Assembly (NCBI RefSeq): GCF_000023965.1
Contig: NC_013202.1
Span: forward strand, 660,001 to 692,000
Source of the DNA: Halomicrobium mukohataei DSM 12286
GTDB lineage: Archaea > Halobacteriota > Halobacteria > Halobacteriales > Haloarculaceae
Direction: 5' to 3'
DNA: 32,000 bases
The stretch's first letter is position 1. Each line of letters opens with the position of its first letter. Of the stretch, positions 16,706-26,636 are shown in pieces. Position numbers and translations under genes: made by a program. Below the pieces are notes generated by a model. That model did not search any database. It was not told the DNA's origin and saw only the letters and a program-made list of their open reading frames with translations.

Positions 16706-18262
16706 CTAGTCGTCGGCCACGGCGGCGGTGGGCTCGTCGGTGAGGTCGGCCTCGCGCCAGGTGCCCCGCGAGAACCACGCCCACGCGAGGACGGCGGCCA
16801 GCACGTTCGAGACGGCGAAGCCGAGCCAGATCCCGCGAGAGCCGAGCGAGTACGCGAAGGCGTCGGCCACCGGCGTCCCCGCGAGGATGTCGGTCGCGAG
16901 CGTGCCGACTCCGGGCACCGAAAGCGAAACGGTCGAAACGTCGACGACGCGGGACGCGACCCACGACACCGGCAGGCGGATGAACCCGAGCATCAGGATC
17001 GCCAGCGCGGCGGCGGTGAGCGTCTTGCCCGAACCACGGAAGCCGCCGGAGTAGGCCCGGACGACGCCGATGAATCCGAAGGTCGGGGCGACCCAGCGGA
17101 GGAACTCCGCCCCGATGCGGACGACCTCCTGGTCGGGGCTGAACACGTTGACGATCGTCGGCGCGGTGAAGAAGACGACGACGCCGACCGCGGCGAGGAT
17201 GAGGAAGGAGGCTTTCGCGGCGAAGTGGTTGGCGGTGTTGGCCCGGTCGGGCTTGTCCGCGCCGATGTTCTGGCCGGTCATCGTTTCGACGCCGCGGTCG
17301 ACGGCGATGGCGGGCATGAAGATCAGCGAGAAGATCCGGGTGCCGACGCCGAAGGCGGCGACGACCGGCGTCGAGAACGTCCCGACGACGATCAGCATGA
17401 GGTTGACCGAGATCGAGCGGCCGGTCCCCTCGATGGAGGCGGGGACGCCGATGCGCAACAGCTTGCGGACGTAGGCGGGGTCGGGGACCATCTCGCCGGG
17501 GGAGATCTTGACGCCGCGGGCCCCCGAGAGCATGATGGCGAGGCCGACGGCCATCGCGACCCCACGCGAGAAGATCGTCGCGATCGCCGCGCCCTGCACG
17601 CCCAGTTCCGGGAAGGCGATCGTCCCGACCACCGGTGCCGACTCGACCAGCGTCCAGCCGAAGATGAGGAAGGGGTCGAGGACGACGTTCAGGACGACCG
17701 TCCCGAACATCACGAGCATCGGCGTCACGGTGTCGCCAGCGCCCCGCATCAGCGAGATGAACACGAGGAAGCCAAAGAGGAAAGCCAGTCCCAGCGCCAT
17801 CACCTGCAGGTACGCCGTCGCGCCGGGCAGCACCGACTCCGAGGCCCCGACGAACCGCAGGAAGTCCTCGACGAAGAAGTAGCCGGTGACGCCGAAGAAG
17901 ACCGACGCCAGCACGGCGAAGGTCACGGTCTGGGAAGCGGCGTACTGGGCCTTCTCGGGCTCGCCAGCGCCGGTGTACTGGGCCACGAGGACGCTGCCGG
18001 CCACGGAGATCCCCATGGCCAGCGAGATGAGGAAAAAGACCATCGGGAAGGCGAAGGAGATCGCCGCCAGCGCCTCGGTGCTGTACTGGCCGAGCCAGAA
18101 GGTATCGGCGAGGTTGTACGCGACCTGCAGGAGGTTCGTGATGATGATCGGCAAGGAGAGGAAAAAGAGCGGCGTCCCGATCGAGCCGCTGGTCAGCTCC
18201 AGCTCTTCCGGGCCCCGAAAGACCACGGAGAAGGCGCGTCGCAGTTCGTCGAGTAGCGTCAC
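16706..18262 (-). CDS. MATE family efflux transporter
   Basis: 518 aa with about 12 TM. The N-terminal LSLPIIITNLLQVAYNLADTFWLGQYSTEALAAISFAFP is typical of MATE/NorM/DinF proteins. Internal duplication is visible (..IGVPASIEGTGRSISVNLMLIVVG..). Confidence 0.9.
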   Translation of the reverse strand: MTLLDELRRAFSVVFRGPEELELTSGSIGTPLFFLSLPIIITNLLQVAYNLADTFWLGQYSTEALAAISFAFPMVFFLISLAMGISVAGSVLVAQYTGAGEPEKAQYAASQTVTFAVLASVFFGVTGYFFVEDFLRFVGASESVLPGATAYLQVMALGLAFLFGFLVFISLMRGAGDTVTPMLVMFGTVVLNVVLDPFLIFGWTLVESAPVVGTIAFPELGVQGAAIATIFSRGVAMAVGLAIMLSGARGVKISPGEMVPDPAYVRKLLRIGVPASIEGTGRSISVNLMLIVVGTFSTPVVAAFGVGTRIFSLIFMPAIAVDRGVETMTGQNIGADKPDRANTANHFAAKASFLILAAVGVVVFFTAPTIVNVFSPDQEVVRIGAEFLRWVAPTFGFIGVVRAYSGGFRGSGKTLTAAALAILMLGFIRLPVSWVASRVVDVSTVSLSVPGVGTLATDILAGTPVADAFAYSLGSRGIWLGFAVSNVLAAVLAWAWFSRGTWREADLTDEPTAAVADD

Positions 18263-18416
18263 TCCCCGATCACCTCTCGTCTGGGTCGCGTCGCGGACCG
18301 CGATGGAGGGGCCGGTGGCTGGGCGGAAGCGCTCATTACCAGTGTTAACTGACTATTCAGTCAAGAATGTTTGGATATCGATTTCCCGGAGGCCGGGCCA
18401 CGACGGCGACGGTCGA

Positions 18417-18875
18417 TTACTCTTCGAGTTCGAGGTCGAACTGCTCGTGTTCGCTGGCGGCGTTGAGCACGACGCTGGTGTTGGACTCCTTGATCTCGGG
18501 GTCGGTCAGCAGCTCCTTGATCTGGGCGTTCATGCCGTCGGTGTCGGAGAACTTCCCGACGGCGATGATGTCGTAGTCGCCGGTAACCTCGTAGACCGAG
18601 ATCATCTGTTTGTGCTCGCGCAGCGACTCCGTGACCTCCGGCAGCGAGGAGCCCTCGACCTTGAGCTGGACGATGGCGGTCACGTCGTAGCCCAGTTCGT
18701 CGTAGTCGACTTTCGGCGTGTACCCCTGGATGATCCCCTGTTCTTCCAGATCGGAGAGGTGGTTGGAGACGGTGGTGACCGAGACGTCGAGGTCCTCGGC
18801 GAGGCTCCGCAGGCTGGCTCGTCCGTCGCCCAGAAGTTCATTCACTAGCTTCCGGTCCAAATTTTCGTACGTCAT
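18417..18875 (-). CDS. lrp: Lrp/AsnC family transcriptional regulator
   Basis: N-terminal HTH ([47 protein letters not shown]) and a C-terminal RAM/AsnC_trans_reg domain. Divergent from glnA, as in other haloarchaea. Confidence 0.9.
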   Translation of the reverse strand: MTYENLDRKLVNELLGDGRASLRSLAEDLDVSVTTVSNHLSDLEEQGIIQGYTPKVDYDELGYDVTAIVQLKVEGSSLPEVTESLREHKQMISVYEVTGDYDIIAVGKFSDTDGMNAQIKELLTDPEIKESNTSVVLNAASEHEQFDLELEE

Positions 18876-18943
18876 TACATCGTGGAACGATCCCCAGGGA
18901 TTAGAATTTTACGAATATACAATTCCATCCCGTAGGCCCGGAA

Positions 18944-18957
18944 GCTTTGCGCAAAGC
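18944..18957. promoter_or_regulatory. perfect 14-bp palindrome in the lrp-glnA divergent promoter region (candidate operator)
   Basis: gctttgcgcaaagc equals its own reverse complement. It lies 45-58 nt upstream of the glnA ATG and just upstream of a TATA-like gattttagtg (18963-18972). Confidence 0.35.
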
Positions 18958-19001
18958 AGCAGGATTTTAGTGATAGCAGTGTTCCTCTCGGGTGTCCAAA
19001 A

Positions 19002-20351
19002 ATGACAAGCGAACTCTCGGCGGACGCACAAGACGTACTGGAAGAGATCGAAGAGAAGAACGTCGACTTCCTTCGTCTGCAGTTTACAGACATTCTGGGG
19101 ACGATCAAGAACGTCTCCGTGCCGGCCGACCAGGCAGAGAAGGCCTTCACCGAGGGGATCTACTTCGACGGTTCCTCGATCAACGGCTTCGTCCGCATTC
19201 AGGAGTCGGACATGCGCCTGGACCCGGACCCGGAGACGTTCTCCGTGCTCCCGTGGCGCAACGACGGCGAGAGCGCCGCCGCGCGCCTCATCTGTGACGT
19301 CATCGACACCTCGACGGGCGAGCCCTTCGCCGGTGACCCGCGTGGCGTCCTCAAGCGCGCCATCCAGCGCGCCGAGGAGATGGGCTACACGGTCAACGCG
19401 GCTCCCGAGCCGGAGTTCTTCCTGTTCGAGGAAGACGAGGAGGGTCGCGCGACGACCAAGACCAACGACGCCGGTGGCTACTTCGACCTCGCGCCGAAGG
19501 ACCTCGCCTCCGACGTGCGCCGTGACATCATCTTCGGCCTCGAAGAGATGGGCTTCGACATCGAGGCCTCCCACCACGAGGTCGCCCAGGGCCAGCACGA
19601 GATCAACTTCACTTACGACGACGCGCTGAGCACGGCCGACAACGTCGCCACCTTCCGCGCGGTCGTCCGCGCCATCGCGGCCGAACACGACCTGCACGCG
19701 ACGTTCATGCCCAAGCCGATCCCGAAGATCAACGGCTCGGGGATGCACACGCACTTCTCGCTGTTCGAGGACGGCGAGAACGCGTTCCACGACGAGGACG
19801 ACGAGTTCGACCTCTCGGAGACGGCAAAGCAGTTCACCGCCGGGATCCTCGAACACGCAGAGGCCATCGCCGCGGTGTCGAACCCGACCGTCAACTCCTA
19901 CAAGCGACTGGTGCCGGGCTACGAGGCACCCGTCTACGTCGCCTGGTCCGACCGCAACCGCTCGGCACTGATCCGCAAGCCCGCGGCCCGCACGCCCGCA
20001 GCCAGCCGGATCGAGGCCCGCTTCCCCGACCCGTCCTGTAACCCGTATCTCGCCTTCGCGGCGCTCATCCACGCCGGACTGGACGGCATCGAGAAGGAAC
20101 TGGACTGCGACGACCCCGTCCGCGAGAACATCTACGAGTTCGACGAGGCAAAGCGCGAGGAGTACGGCATCACCACGCTGCCGTCGAACCTCGGCGAGGC
20201 CGTCGACGCCCTCGAAGCGGACGAGGTCATTCAGGACGCGCTGGGCCAGCACGTCTACGAGAACTTCGTCGACGCCAAGACCCAGGAGTACGACGAGTTC
20301 CGCGTCGACGTCTCCGACTGGGAGCTCGACCGCTACCTCGAGAAGTTCTGA
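19002..20351 (+). CDS. glnA: glutamine synthetase, type I
   Basis: [73 protein letters not shown] and [13 protein letters not shown] are classical GS-I blocks. Confidence 0.95.
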   Translation: MTSELSADAQDVLEEIEEKNVDFLRLQFTDILGTIKNVSVPADQAEKAFTEGIYFDGSSINGFVRIQESDMRLDPDPETFSVLPWRNDGESAAARLICDVIDTSTGEPFAGDPRGVLKRAIQRAEEMGYTVNAAPEPEFFLFEEDEEGRATTKTNDAGGYFDLAPKDLASDVRRDIIFGLEEMGFDIEASHHEVAQGQHEINFTYDDALSTADNVATFRAVVRAIAAEHDLHATFMPKPIPKINGSGMHTHFSLFEDGENAFHDEDDEFDLSETAKQFTAGILEHAEAIAAVSNPTVNSYKRLVPGYEAPVYVAWSDRNRSALIRKPAARTPAASRIEARFPDPSCNPYLAFAALIHAGLDGIEKELDCDDPVRENIYEFDEAKREEYGITTLPSNLGEAVDALEADEVIQDALGQHVYENFVDAKTQEYDEFRVDVSDWELDRYLEKF

Positions 20352-20405
20352 GGCCACGGAACCCAGTCGTCTCGCCGTCAGGAATAGGCCAGCGACGACC
20401 GCCGA

Positions 20406-21305
20406 CTACGCGCTCTTTTTTGTGAGGCCGTGACCTGAAAGCGGTGCCGCCACGATGACGACGCCACCGACCAGTCCGCCCGCCAGCGCGAGCGGGACCG
20501 ACGAGGCCAGCAGGCCGGTCACCGCGAGCGCCGGCCCCGCGACCGCCAGTCCGAGGAGCGTGGCGAGGACACCGCTGCGGCGGGTGTCCGAAAGCGCCAG
20601 GAGGCGATCGCCAGCGACCAGCCAGGCCGCCGTCCCGCCGACACACAGCCCGACGGTGGCGACCAGTTCCGGGTGGGGACCCACGATCGGGAGACCGACC
20701 ACCGCCACTGCCGTCGCGAGGCCGAAGGCCCGCCGTGGCGTCCCCAGGACGCCAACTACGACGAGGAGATACGCGAGGCCCAGCCCCGCCCCGGCGAGCA
20801 CGTCGACGAGGTAGTGGACACCGAGTGCGAGCCGAGAGAGGGAGACGAGCGCGACGAGACCGGCGGCGAGCGCGACGCGTCGCCGGAGGGGGCCGGCGCG
20901 GACGGCCCACGCGAGCCCGCCGAAGACGACAGTCGTCCCCAGCGCGTGGCCGCTGGGGAAGCCGAAGCCGTCGCCGGTCGCGAGCCACGCGTACACCCCC
21001 TCCAGAGCCGCCGGAACGAGAGCGGCCTGCGGAGCCACGCCCGCGTCCGGCGGCCGGGCCAGGCCGAACAGCGGCTTGAGCGTCGTGAGCAACGCGACAG
21101 TCCCGAACAGGAGCGCCACGACCGTCGCCGTCCGCTCGCGGTCGACGCCCGCGCCGATCCGGGGCGTGGACCGACCGAGCCAGTAGAGCAGCCCTACGAC
21201 GACTGTGAGAAACCAGAGGTCACCGAGCTGGGTCACCAGGGCGAAGGGAACGGCCGCAGAACTGAGAGTCTCCCCGAGCCACTCGGTGACGCCGATCGCG
21301 CGCAC
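20406..21305 (-). CDS. PAP2-superfamily phosphatase (membrane)
   Basis: Trimmed to the GTG at 21305. PAP2 motifs are in order: KPLFGLARPP (KxxxxxxRP), FPSGHA (PSGH) and SRLALGVHYLVDV (SRxxxxxHxxxD). Multiple TM helices. Confidence 0.75.
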   Translation of the reverse strand: MRAIGVTEWLGETLSSAAVPFALVTQLGDLWFLTVVVGLLYWLGRSTPRIGAGVDRERTATVVALLFGTVALLTTLKPLFGLARPPDAGVAPQAALVPAALEGVYAWLATGDGFGFPSGHALGTTVVFGGLAWAVRAGPLRRRVALAAGLVALVSLSRLALGVHYLVDVLAGAGLGLAYLLVVVGVLGTPRRAFGLATAVAVVGLPIVGPHPELVATVGLCVGGTAAWLVAGDRLLALSDTRRSGVLATLLGLAVAGPALAVTGLLASSVPLALAGGLVGGVVIVAAPLSGHGLTKKSA

Positions 21306-21307
21306 GG

Positions 21308-21802
21308 TCAGCCCCGCAGCCGATCGAGCAGGCGTCGCGGGATACCCGCGGCACCGATCCCCAGACCGGCGACGATCATCACGACGTAGAGCCCGAGCGT
21401 CGAGAGCCAGACGACGACCATCGCCAGCACGGCCCACAGCCCCTGGTCCTGGAGGTAGTAGAACGCACCGAGCGTCATGGCGGTGCCGTACAGCAAGACG
21501 AGATACGGCCCCCAGCCGCGGGCGTGGCCCCGCCGGAGTTCGCGGCGAACGTACCGGCGGAGGTCGTCTTTGACCTCGTCGCGATGGAGCGTCCGGTCCT
21601 CGACGTCCTCTCGGAACGACTCCAGTTCGGCGCGCAGTTCGTCGAGTTCTTCCTGTGTCGGATTGTCCCGCCGTGCGGGTTCGTCGGGCGGGGGCGTCTC
21701 GCCGCCGCTACCAGCCGCCTGGCGCTCGCTCGACGGCGTGCTGTCGGCGTCGTCCCCGTCACCCGCGTCCGGTGGGGGCGTCTCCCCGTCCTCGGCTGTC
21801 AT
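21308..21802 (-). CDS. hypothetical membrane protein with acidic Pro-rich N-terminus and amphipathic helix (164 aa)
   Basis: Trimmed from track ORF 21308..22960 to MTAEDGETPPPD... (an alternative ATG lies at 21883). GETPPPD occurs twice. Then ELDELRAELESFREDVEDR, followed by two TM helices. The stop is 2 nt before the PAP2 GTG. Confidence 0.55.
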   Translation of the reverse strand: MTAEDGETPPPDAGDGDDADSTPSSERQAAGSGGETPPPDEPARRDNPTQEELDELRAELESFREDVEDRTLHRDEVKDDLRRYVRRELRRGHARGWGPYLVLLYGTAMTLGAFYYLQDQGLWAVLAMVVVWLSTLGLYVVMIVAGLGIGAAGIPRRLLDRLRG

Positions 21803-21910
21803 CGTTGGACCGATGTGAGCGGCGGCCTGTTGTAGCTGCCGGTCCAGATCCTCGCGGCCGCCGGTCCGGGAGGCGGAACCCATATTGTGGGGGCCCTCCT
21901 TCGGCCGGAC

Positions 21911-22306
21911 ATGCAACGCGTGTTCGACGAGCGAGCGATGGAGGCGACTGCGCTCTTGCTCGTCGCCAGCGTGCTCCTGATCGGAGCCAGCCTCGCCGGA
22001 ATCGGCGGTGGCGTCCCGCTCGTGGCGGTGCTGGCGCTGATCGCCGTCACGCTCGCCGCGGGCAGAGAGCGCCTCCCCCGTCCCGGTCGGCGACTCGGGC
22101 AGGACCTCGACCGCTACGTTCGGGACCTCTGGGTCGCGCCGGCACTGGCAGCGGCCGCGAGCGCGTTCGTCTTCGGGGCGACGCCCGCGGAGATCCAGAC
22201 GGTCGGCGGCCTGCTCGGGTTCGTCGGCATGGTCAACTACTTCCTCCGGCCGGTGTACCACGCCGGCTACTCCCTCGCCGGTCGGCTCGTCGAGACGCTC
22301 GCCTAG
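21911..22306 (+). CDS. hypothetical membrane protein (131 aa)
   Basis: [51 protein letters not shown]... has 3-4 TM helices. Start ambiguous (the track gives 21887). Confidence 0.5.
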   Translation: MQRVFDERAMEATALLLVASVLLIGASLAGIGGGVPLVAVLALIAVTLAAGRERLPRPGRRLGQDLDRYVRDLWVAPALAAAASAFVFGATPAEIQTVGGLLGFVGMVNYFLRPVYHAGYSLAGRLVETLA

Positions 22307-23412
22307 GACGAGTCGACCGTCGCGTCCCTGATCTCGGTCACGTCGGCGGCGGTCTTGAACGTCGTGCCGCCGTAGTGGGTCCGAGAGGACTCGTGTCCGG
22401 CCGCCCGCAACGCGTCGAGAAAGTCGTCCATCGCGGGCGCGCCGACGCCCCAGCGCTTGCACAGGCGGTGCTGGTCGTAGTGGGTCGGCGTCGGGAGTTC
22501 CGCGCCCAGCGTCGCCAGCAGCTCGGCCGCCCGGTCGGCCGTCCCCATGTCCTCGGTGAGGTGCTCCGTCACGGCCGCGGCGAAGTCGGGCTCGCAGGTC
22601 CCGCCCAGCCAGAGCGGGCCGGCAGTCTGGAGGTGCTGGCCGCAGTTCGGGCAGGCGTCGGGCGCGTCGGCGTGGAGCCCCGCCTCGTGGCTCCGGTAGA
22701 GACACTGTTGGCAGTGGTAGACGTGGCCGAGTTCGTCGACGGCGGCGTTGGCCACGGTCGCGCCGTGGTCCAGTTCGAGGTACGTCCGGGCGTAGTGCTT
22801 GGTCGCGTGGCTGAGGATCGGACGAGCGGCCACGTCGTAGCGGGCGGCGGTCCGGACCATCGCACCGAGCAGGATCCGCATCCCCATCTCGGCGTGGTAC
22901 TCGGTGTTGCGCGGGATCGCGCTGTAGCTCCTGACGCCGCTCTCGAAGTGTGCGCCACACAGCGGCGCGGTGTCGGTCGCAGTCACGCAGACGAGGTCGC
23001 GGGTCCCCTGAAAGGCCGCGTCGGCGAAGGGGATCGGCGTCCCGAAGGGGTCGATGTCGACCACGTCCCAGGGGTCGCTGTGCATCGCCACGTTGGCGTC
23101 CTCGTGGCGGACGGTCCCCGAGAGACCGTTGCGTTCGAGGTTCCGTTCACAGAGGGCGACCGCGTCGGGATCGACATCGCACAGCGTCGCCTCCCAGCCG
23201 TCGGCGGCGGCCCGGACGCCGCGGACGCCACTGGCCGCCGTCGCGTCGAGGTAGCGCTCGGCGCGGGGCTCGCGCTCGCGGACGGCCCGCAGCGTGGCGA
23301 TCGTCAGGTCGCGGTTCAGCTCCTGAACGGGGTTGAAAAAGACGTTCTCGCCCTTGCCGGCGTCGGCCTGCTCCGGTACCTCGACGGTGACCTGCCCCTC
23401 TGTGACGCGCAT
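22303..23412 (-). CDS. trm1: tRNA (guanine(26)-N2)-dimethyltransferase
   Basis: Trimmed to the ATG at 23412 (369 aa): [39 protein letters not shown] and the Cys cluster CQQC...CPNCG are typical of Trm1. Confidence 0.9.
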   Translation of the reverse strand: MRVTEGQVTVEVPEQADAGKGENVFFNPVQELNRDLTIATLRAVREREPRAERYLDATAASGVRGVRAAADGWEATLCDVDPDAVALCERNLERNGLSGTVRHEDANVAMHSDPWDVVDIDPFGTPIPFADAAFQGTRDLVCVTATDTAPLCGAHFESGVRSYSAIPRNTEYHAEMGMRILLGAMVRTAARYDVAARPILSHATKHYARTYLELDHGATVANAAVDELGHVYHCQQCLYRSHEAGLHADAPDACPNCGQHLQTAGPLWLGGTCEPDFAAAVTEHLTEDMGTADRAAELLATLGAELPTPTHYDQHRLCKRWGVGAPAMDDFLDALRAAGHESSRTHYGGTTFKTAADVTEIRDATVDSS

Positions 23413-23499
23413 ACCGCTACTGGAGGGCGGGGAGCGAAAAGCGCCACGCATCGCGCGCTCACCGACGGTGTTTTCACCCGTCTCACGCAAGTGGGGCCA

Positions 23500-23847
23500 A
23501 TGAGCGCGGTCGAGGAGTGGGTGTCGATGCTCGAAGCCGCGGGAGCGTTGACCCCCGACGCCGTCGACCGCATCGTCTCGGTCCACGGCGACCGCGGCCA
23601 GCAGGCCATCGAAGCCGTCGGCGAGCAGCGTGTCAAGGAGTACCGAGACTTCACGGTCGTGGTGGGCCACGACGACGAGTACGTCGTCGAAGACGGCGGC
23701 TGTACCTGCGCGGACAGCGAGTACAACCTCGACGCCACGGATCCCGACGAACTGTGCTGGCACGCCATCGCGGTCCGGATCGCCCGGGCCATCGACGCCA
23801 CCGACGAACACGACATGTGGTACTCCGACGTGCGCGATTTCCTCTGA
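23500..23847 (+). CDS. SWIM zinc-finger domain protein (115 aa)
   Basis: This is the C-terminal part of the artefactual 730-aa track ORF. From the ATG at 23500: ...[31 protein letters not shown], which is a CxC-x(n)-CxH SWIM signature. Confidence 0.75.
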   Translation: MSAVEEWVSMLEAAGALTPDAVDRIVSVHGDRGQQAIEAVGEQRVKEYRDFTVVVGHDDEYVVEDGGCTCADSEYNLDATDPDELCWHAIAVRIARAIDATDEHDMWYSDVRDFL

Positions 23848-23906
23848 TACGGGCGGGTGTCGGACGACCAGCACCGGTAAGTGGCTCGCTACCCACCAGT
23901 CAGTAG

Positions 23907-25763
23907 ATGATCGCCGGCAGCTGGATCGTCGTCGCGTCGCTGGCCTCGGGTGCCGGAACGCTGTTGCTGATCTGGCGGCTCTGGCGCTACCGCGAGAAGC
24001 CGGGCGCGACGTGGTTCCTGCTGTCACTGGTCTGCCAGGCGCTGTGGAGCGTGAGCTACGCCGTCTCGCTGCTGGTGTTCGACGAGACGATCCGGCTGGC
24101 CCTGGAGGTGCTCGGCTGGGCGTTGCTGGCCGGAATCGCGGTGTACTTTCTCGCGTTCGCGCTGGCCTACACCGGGCGCGACCACGTCGTCGAGACGCCG
24201 TGGTATCGGGCGCTGCTGACGCTGCCGGCCGTCGCCGTCGTCCTGCTGGGCACGAACCCGTGGCACGGGCTCGTCTGGGACGACTTCTCCGTCGTGGCGG
24301 TGGCGGGACTGGCGGGAACGGCCTACGAGCTGGAGCTGTGGGCAGTGGCGGTGGCCACCGGCGGCGTGCTGATCGCGCTACTGGGCAGTCTGGTGCTGTT
24401 CGACACCGTCGTCAGCTACGGGCGACTGTACCGCCGAGAGGCGATCGCCGTCGGCGTGAGCACGGTCCCGCCGCTGTCGGCGGTCGTCCTCTGGCTCTAC
24501 GGCGTCGGCCCGGTCCCCGAGCTGAACTTCGCGACAGTGCTTTTCCTGCCCCACATCGCGCTCGACGCCTACGCGTTCGTCCGCAGCGACATGTTCGAGT
24601 TCCACCCGGCGACCCGACGGGAGGGCGAGCGTGCCGCCATCGAGGACCTCGGGAACCCCGTCGTCGTCGTCGACGAGCACGACCGGATCGTGACGCTCAA
24701 CGCCGCTGCCGAGGCGGTCCTGAGCGTCGAGAAGGCGCGGGCACTGACCGAGCCACTGGCCGCGTTCCTGACCGACGAGACGTTTGCGGGCCCCGACACG
24801 ACCGATCGCGTGACGATCGAGACGGGGAACCGCCGACGGACCTACAGCCTCGCGACGACCCCGCTGACCGGCAGCGGTGATCGGCTCGGCTCGACGATCG
24901 TCCTGCAGGACATCACCGAAGAGATCGAGCGCGAGCAGCGCCTGCAGGTGCTCAACCGCGTCGTCCGGCACAATCTCCGCAACGACATGACGGTCGTCCG
25001 CGGGTTCGCCGAGGCCGCGAACGAGGCGACCGACGACGCGGAGGTCTCGGAGCTGCTCGACACCGTCGAGGGGAAGGCCGACGACCTCGTCGATCTGGGC
25101 GAGAAGGCGCGCGCCATCGAAGGCATTCTCGGCGCGGATCGACGGGCGACCACCGTCGAGCTATCGGCGCTGCTGGCCGACGCCGTCGACGAGGTCGACG
25201 CCGACGTACCCATCGCGGTCGACGCCCCCGACACGGCCGTGACGATCGACGCCGACACGCTCCGGGTGCTGTGTGTCGCGCTCGTGGAGAACGCCGTGGA
25301 GCATGGCTCCACGAGCCCCGAGTCCGAAACTCCTCGGGACGCCGTGGAACACGGTCCCACGAGCCCTGACTCGCCTACTCCTCGGGACGCCGTGGAACAC
25401 GGTCCCACGAGCCCTGACTCGCCTACTCGTCAGGACGCCGTGGAGCATGGCTCCACGAGCCAAGACGGTCGGTACCCCGATGGGACCGACGCGACCGCGC
25501 CCGTCCGGGTCACCGCAACGGCGCACGACGGCGGCATCGAGATCGCCGTCGCCGACGACGGGCCGGGAATCCCCGACCACGAACTCGACGTGCTGGCAGC
25601 CGGCGAGGAGACCGATCTGGAACACTCCACCGGACTGGGGCTGTGGCTCGCCTCGTGGGCGACCCGGCGGCTGGGCGGAGATCTCGACTTCGCGGTCGAC
25701 GACGGCACGACCGCGCGGCTGTGGCTCCCGGTCGAAGAAGCCCGCGAGCAGTCGGCCGCCTAA
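23907..25763 (+). CDS. sensor histidine kinase (N-terminal 7TM-type membrane domain, PAS, HisKA, HATPase)
   Basis: About 7 N-terminal TM helices. PAS-like ..[24 protein letters not shown]... H-box [17 protein letters not shown]-box ENAVEHG. G-boxes DDGPGIP and STGLGLWL. Confidence 0.85.
   Translation: MIAGSWIVVASLASGAGTLLLIWRLWRYREKPGATWFLLSLVCQALWSVSYAVSLLVFDETIRLALEVLGWALLAGIAVYFLAFALAYTGRDHVVETPWYRALLTLPAVAVVLLGTNPWHGLVWDDFSVVAVAGLAGTAYELELWAVAVATGGVLIALLGSLVLFDTVVSYGRLYRREAIAVGVSTVPPLSAVVLWLYGVGPVPELNFATVLFLPHIALDAYAFVRSDMFEFHPATRREGERAAIEDLGNPVVVVDEHDRIVTLNAAAEAVLSVEKARALTEPLAAFLTDETFAGPDTTDRVTIETGNRRRTYSLATTPLTGSGDRLGSTIVLQDITEEIEREQRLQVLNRVVRHNLRNDMTVVRGFAEAANEATDDAEVSELLDTVEGKADDLVDLGEKARAIEGILGADRRATTVELSALLADAVDEVDADVPIAVDAPDTAVTIDADTLRVLCVALVENAVEHGSTSPESETPRDAVEHGPTSPDSPTPRDAVEHGPTSPDSPTRQDAVEHGSTSQDGRYPDGTDATAPVRVTATAHDGGIEIAVADDGPGIPDHELDVLAAGEETDLEHSTGLGLWLASWATRRLGGDLDFAVDDGTTARLWLPVEEAREQSAA
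25293..25461 (+). repeat. 48-bp in-frame tandem repeat (about 3.5 copies) inside the kinase ATPase domain
   Basis: Units start at 25293, 25341, 25389 and 25437. Copies 2 and 3 differ only in cctcgggac versus cgtcaggac. The encoded sequence is [16 protein letters not shown] / [16 protein letters not shown] / [16 protein letters not shown] / [11 protein letters not shown]. Confidence 0.9.
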
Positions 25764-25772
25764 CGGCCCACC

Positions 25773-26474
25773 TCACTCCGCGCAGATGTCGACGAAGTTC
25801 CGCAGAATCCGGAGGCCCGTCTCCCCCGACTTTTCGGGGTGGAACTGGGTGCCAAAGACGTTGCCGGCCTCGTTGGCGACGATGCTGGCGAAGTCGGTGC
25901 CGTAGTCGGTCGTCGCGACGACGGCGGCATCGTCGTCCGGCGCGGCGTAGTACGAGTGTACGAAGTAAGCGTACTCGCCGTCGACGGACCCGCCCTTCGC
26001 GGGTCCGTCTGCTCGTGGCAGCTCCGATCCCACACTGTCGACGCCCTCGACGAGCGGGTGGTCGCGCTGGACGTCCAGCTCGTTCCAGCCCATGTGCGGG
26101 ACGGTCTGGTCGCTCCGAAAGCGGACGTTCTTCCCGGGGATCAGGTCGAGCCCCTCGGCGTCGCCCTGGCCCTCGTGGTCCGCCTCCTCGCTCGTCGTCA
26201 GGAGCATCTGCATCCCGAGACAGATGCCAAAGAGCGGCGTCCCGGCCTCGGCTTCCTCGACCAGTGCCTCGCGGAACGGACCGGCGTTGTCCATCCCTTC
26301 GCTGAACGCGCCGACGCCCGGCAGAACGATGCCGTCGGCCGCGGCGAACTCGGCGGGGTCCTCCGAGAGGAGCACGTCCGCACCGGCCCGTTCGAGCCCG
26401 CGGGTGACACTCCGGAGGTTCCCCAGCCCGTAGTCGACGACGACCACCTCGGCGGCGGTCTGTTTCGTGGCCAT
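25773..26474 (-). CDS. hisH: imidazole glycerol phosphate synthase, glutamine amidotransferase subunit
   Basis: Trimmed to the ATG at 26474 (233 aa): VVVVDYGLGNLRSV, LPGVGAF, LFGICLGMQML (catalytic Cys), VPHMGWN, YFVHSY and GTQFHPEKS. Confidence 0.9.
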   Translation of the reverse strand: MATKQTAAEVVVVDYGLGNLRSVTRGLERAGADVLLSEDPAEFAAADGIVLPGVGAFSEGMDNAGPFREALVEEAEAGTPLFGICLGMQMLLTTSEEADHEGQGDAEGLDLIPGKNVRFRSDQTVPHMGWNELDVQRDHPLVEGVDSVGSELPRADGPAKGGSVDGEYAYFVHSYYAAPDDDAAVVATTDYGTDFASIVANEAGNVFGTQFHPEKSGETGLRILRNFVDICAE

Positions 26475-26636
26475 ACGTAGCCTTCGCGAGACGCTCCTAA
26501 GTCGCTTCCTGTTCCACCGAACGTTGCCCGCGATCACGAGACCCACCCTCCTTCGTTCTCCGCCGCCGCTCGCGGTTCCGTCCCTCACCGCTCGCGTTTC
26601 GAGGGCCACCCCTCACTTCGTTCGGGCTGCCCCTCG

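Noticed and set aside
21655-23847. 730-aa plus-strand ORF, and similar over-extended ORFs (6403..7416, 21308..22960, 22303..24027, 25773..26609, 2057..2779, 11968..12336, 12288..12773, 14245..14565).
   Set aside because: Only the C-terminal portions look like real proteins. The upstream extensions overlap other genes or a tRNA and are Arg-rich. I trimmed them to internal ATG/GTG codons that restore typical N-termini (SWIM, trm1, hisH, aIF-1A and others).
26480-26636. GC-rich intergenic words upstream of hisH (cgctcgcg, cttcgtt, cccctc) that superficially resemble the tRNA-adjacent repeat unit (gcgctcgcttcgctcgcccc).
   Set aside because: Alignment by eye is gapped and weak. It is likely shared low-complexity GC-rich composition rather than a common element. 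A genome-wide repeat search would be needed to revive the idea.
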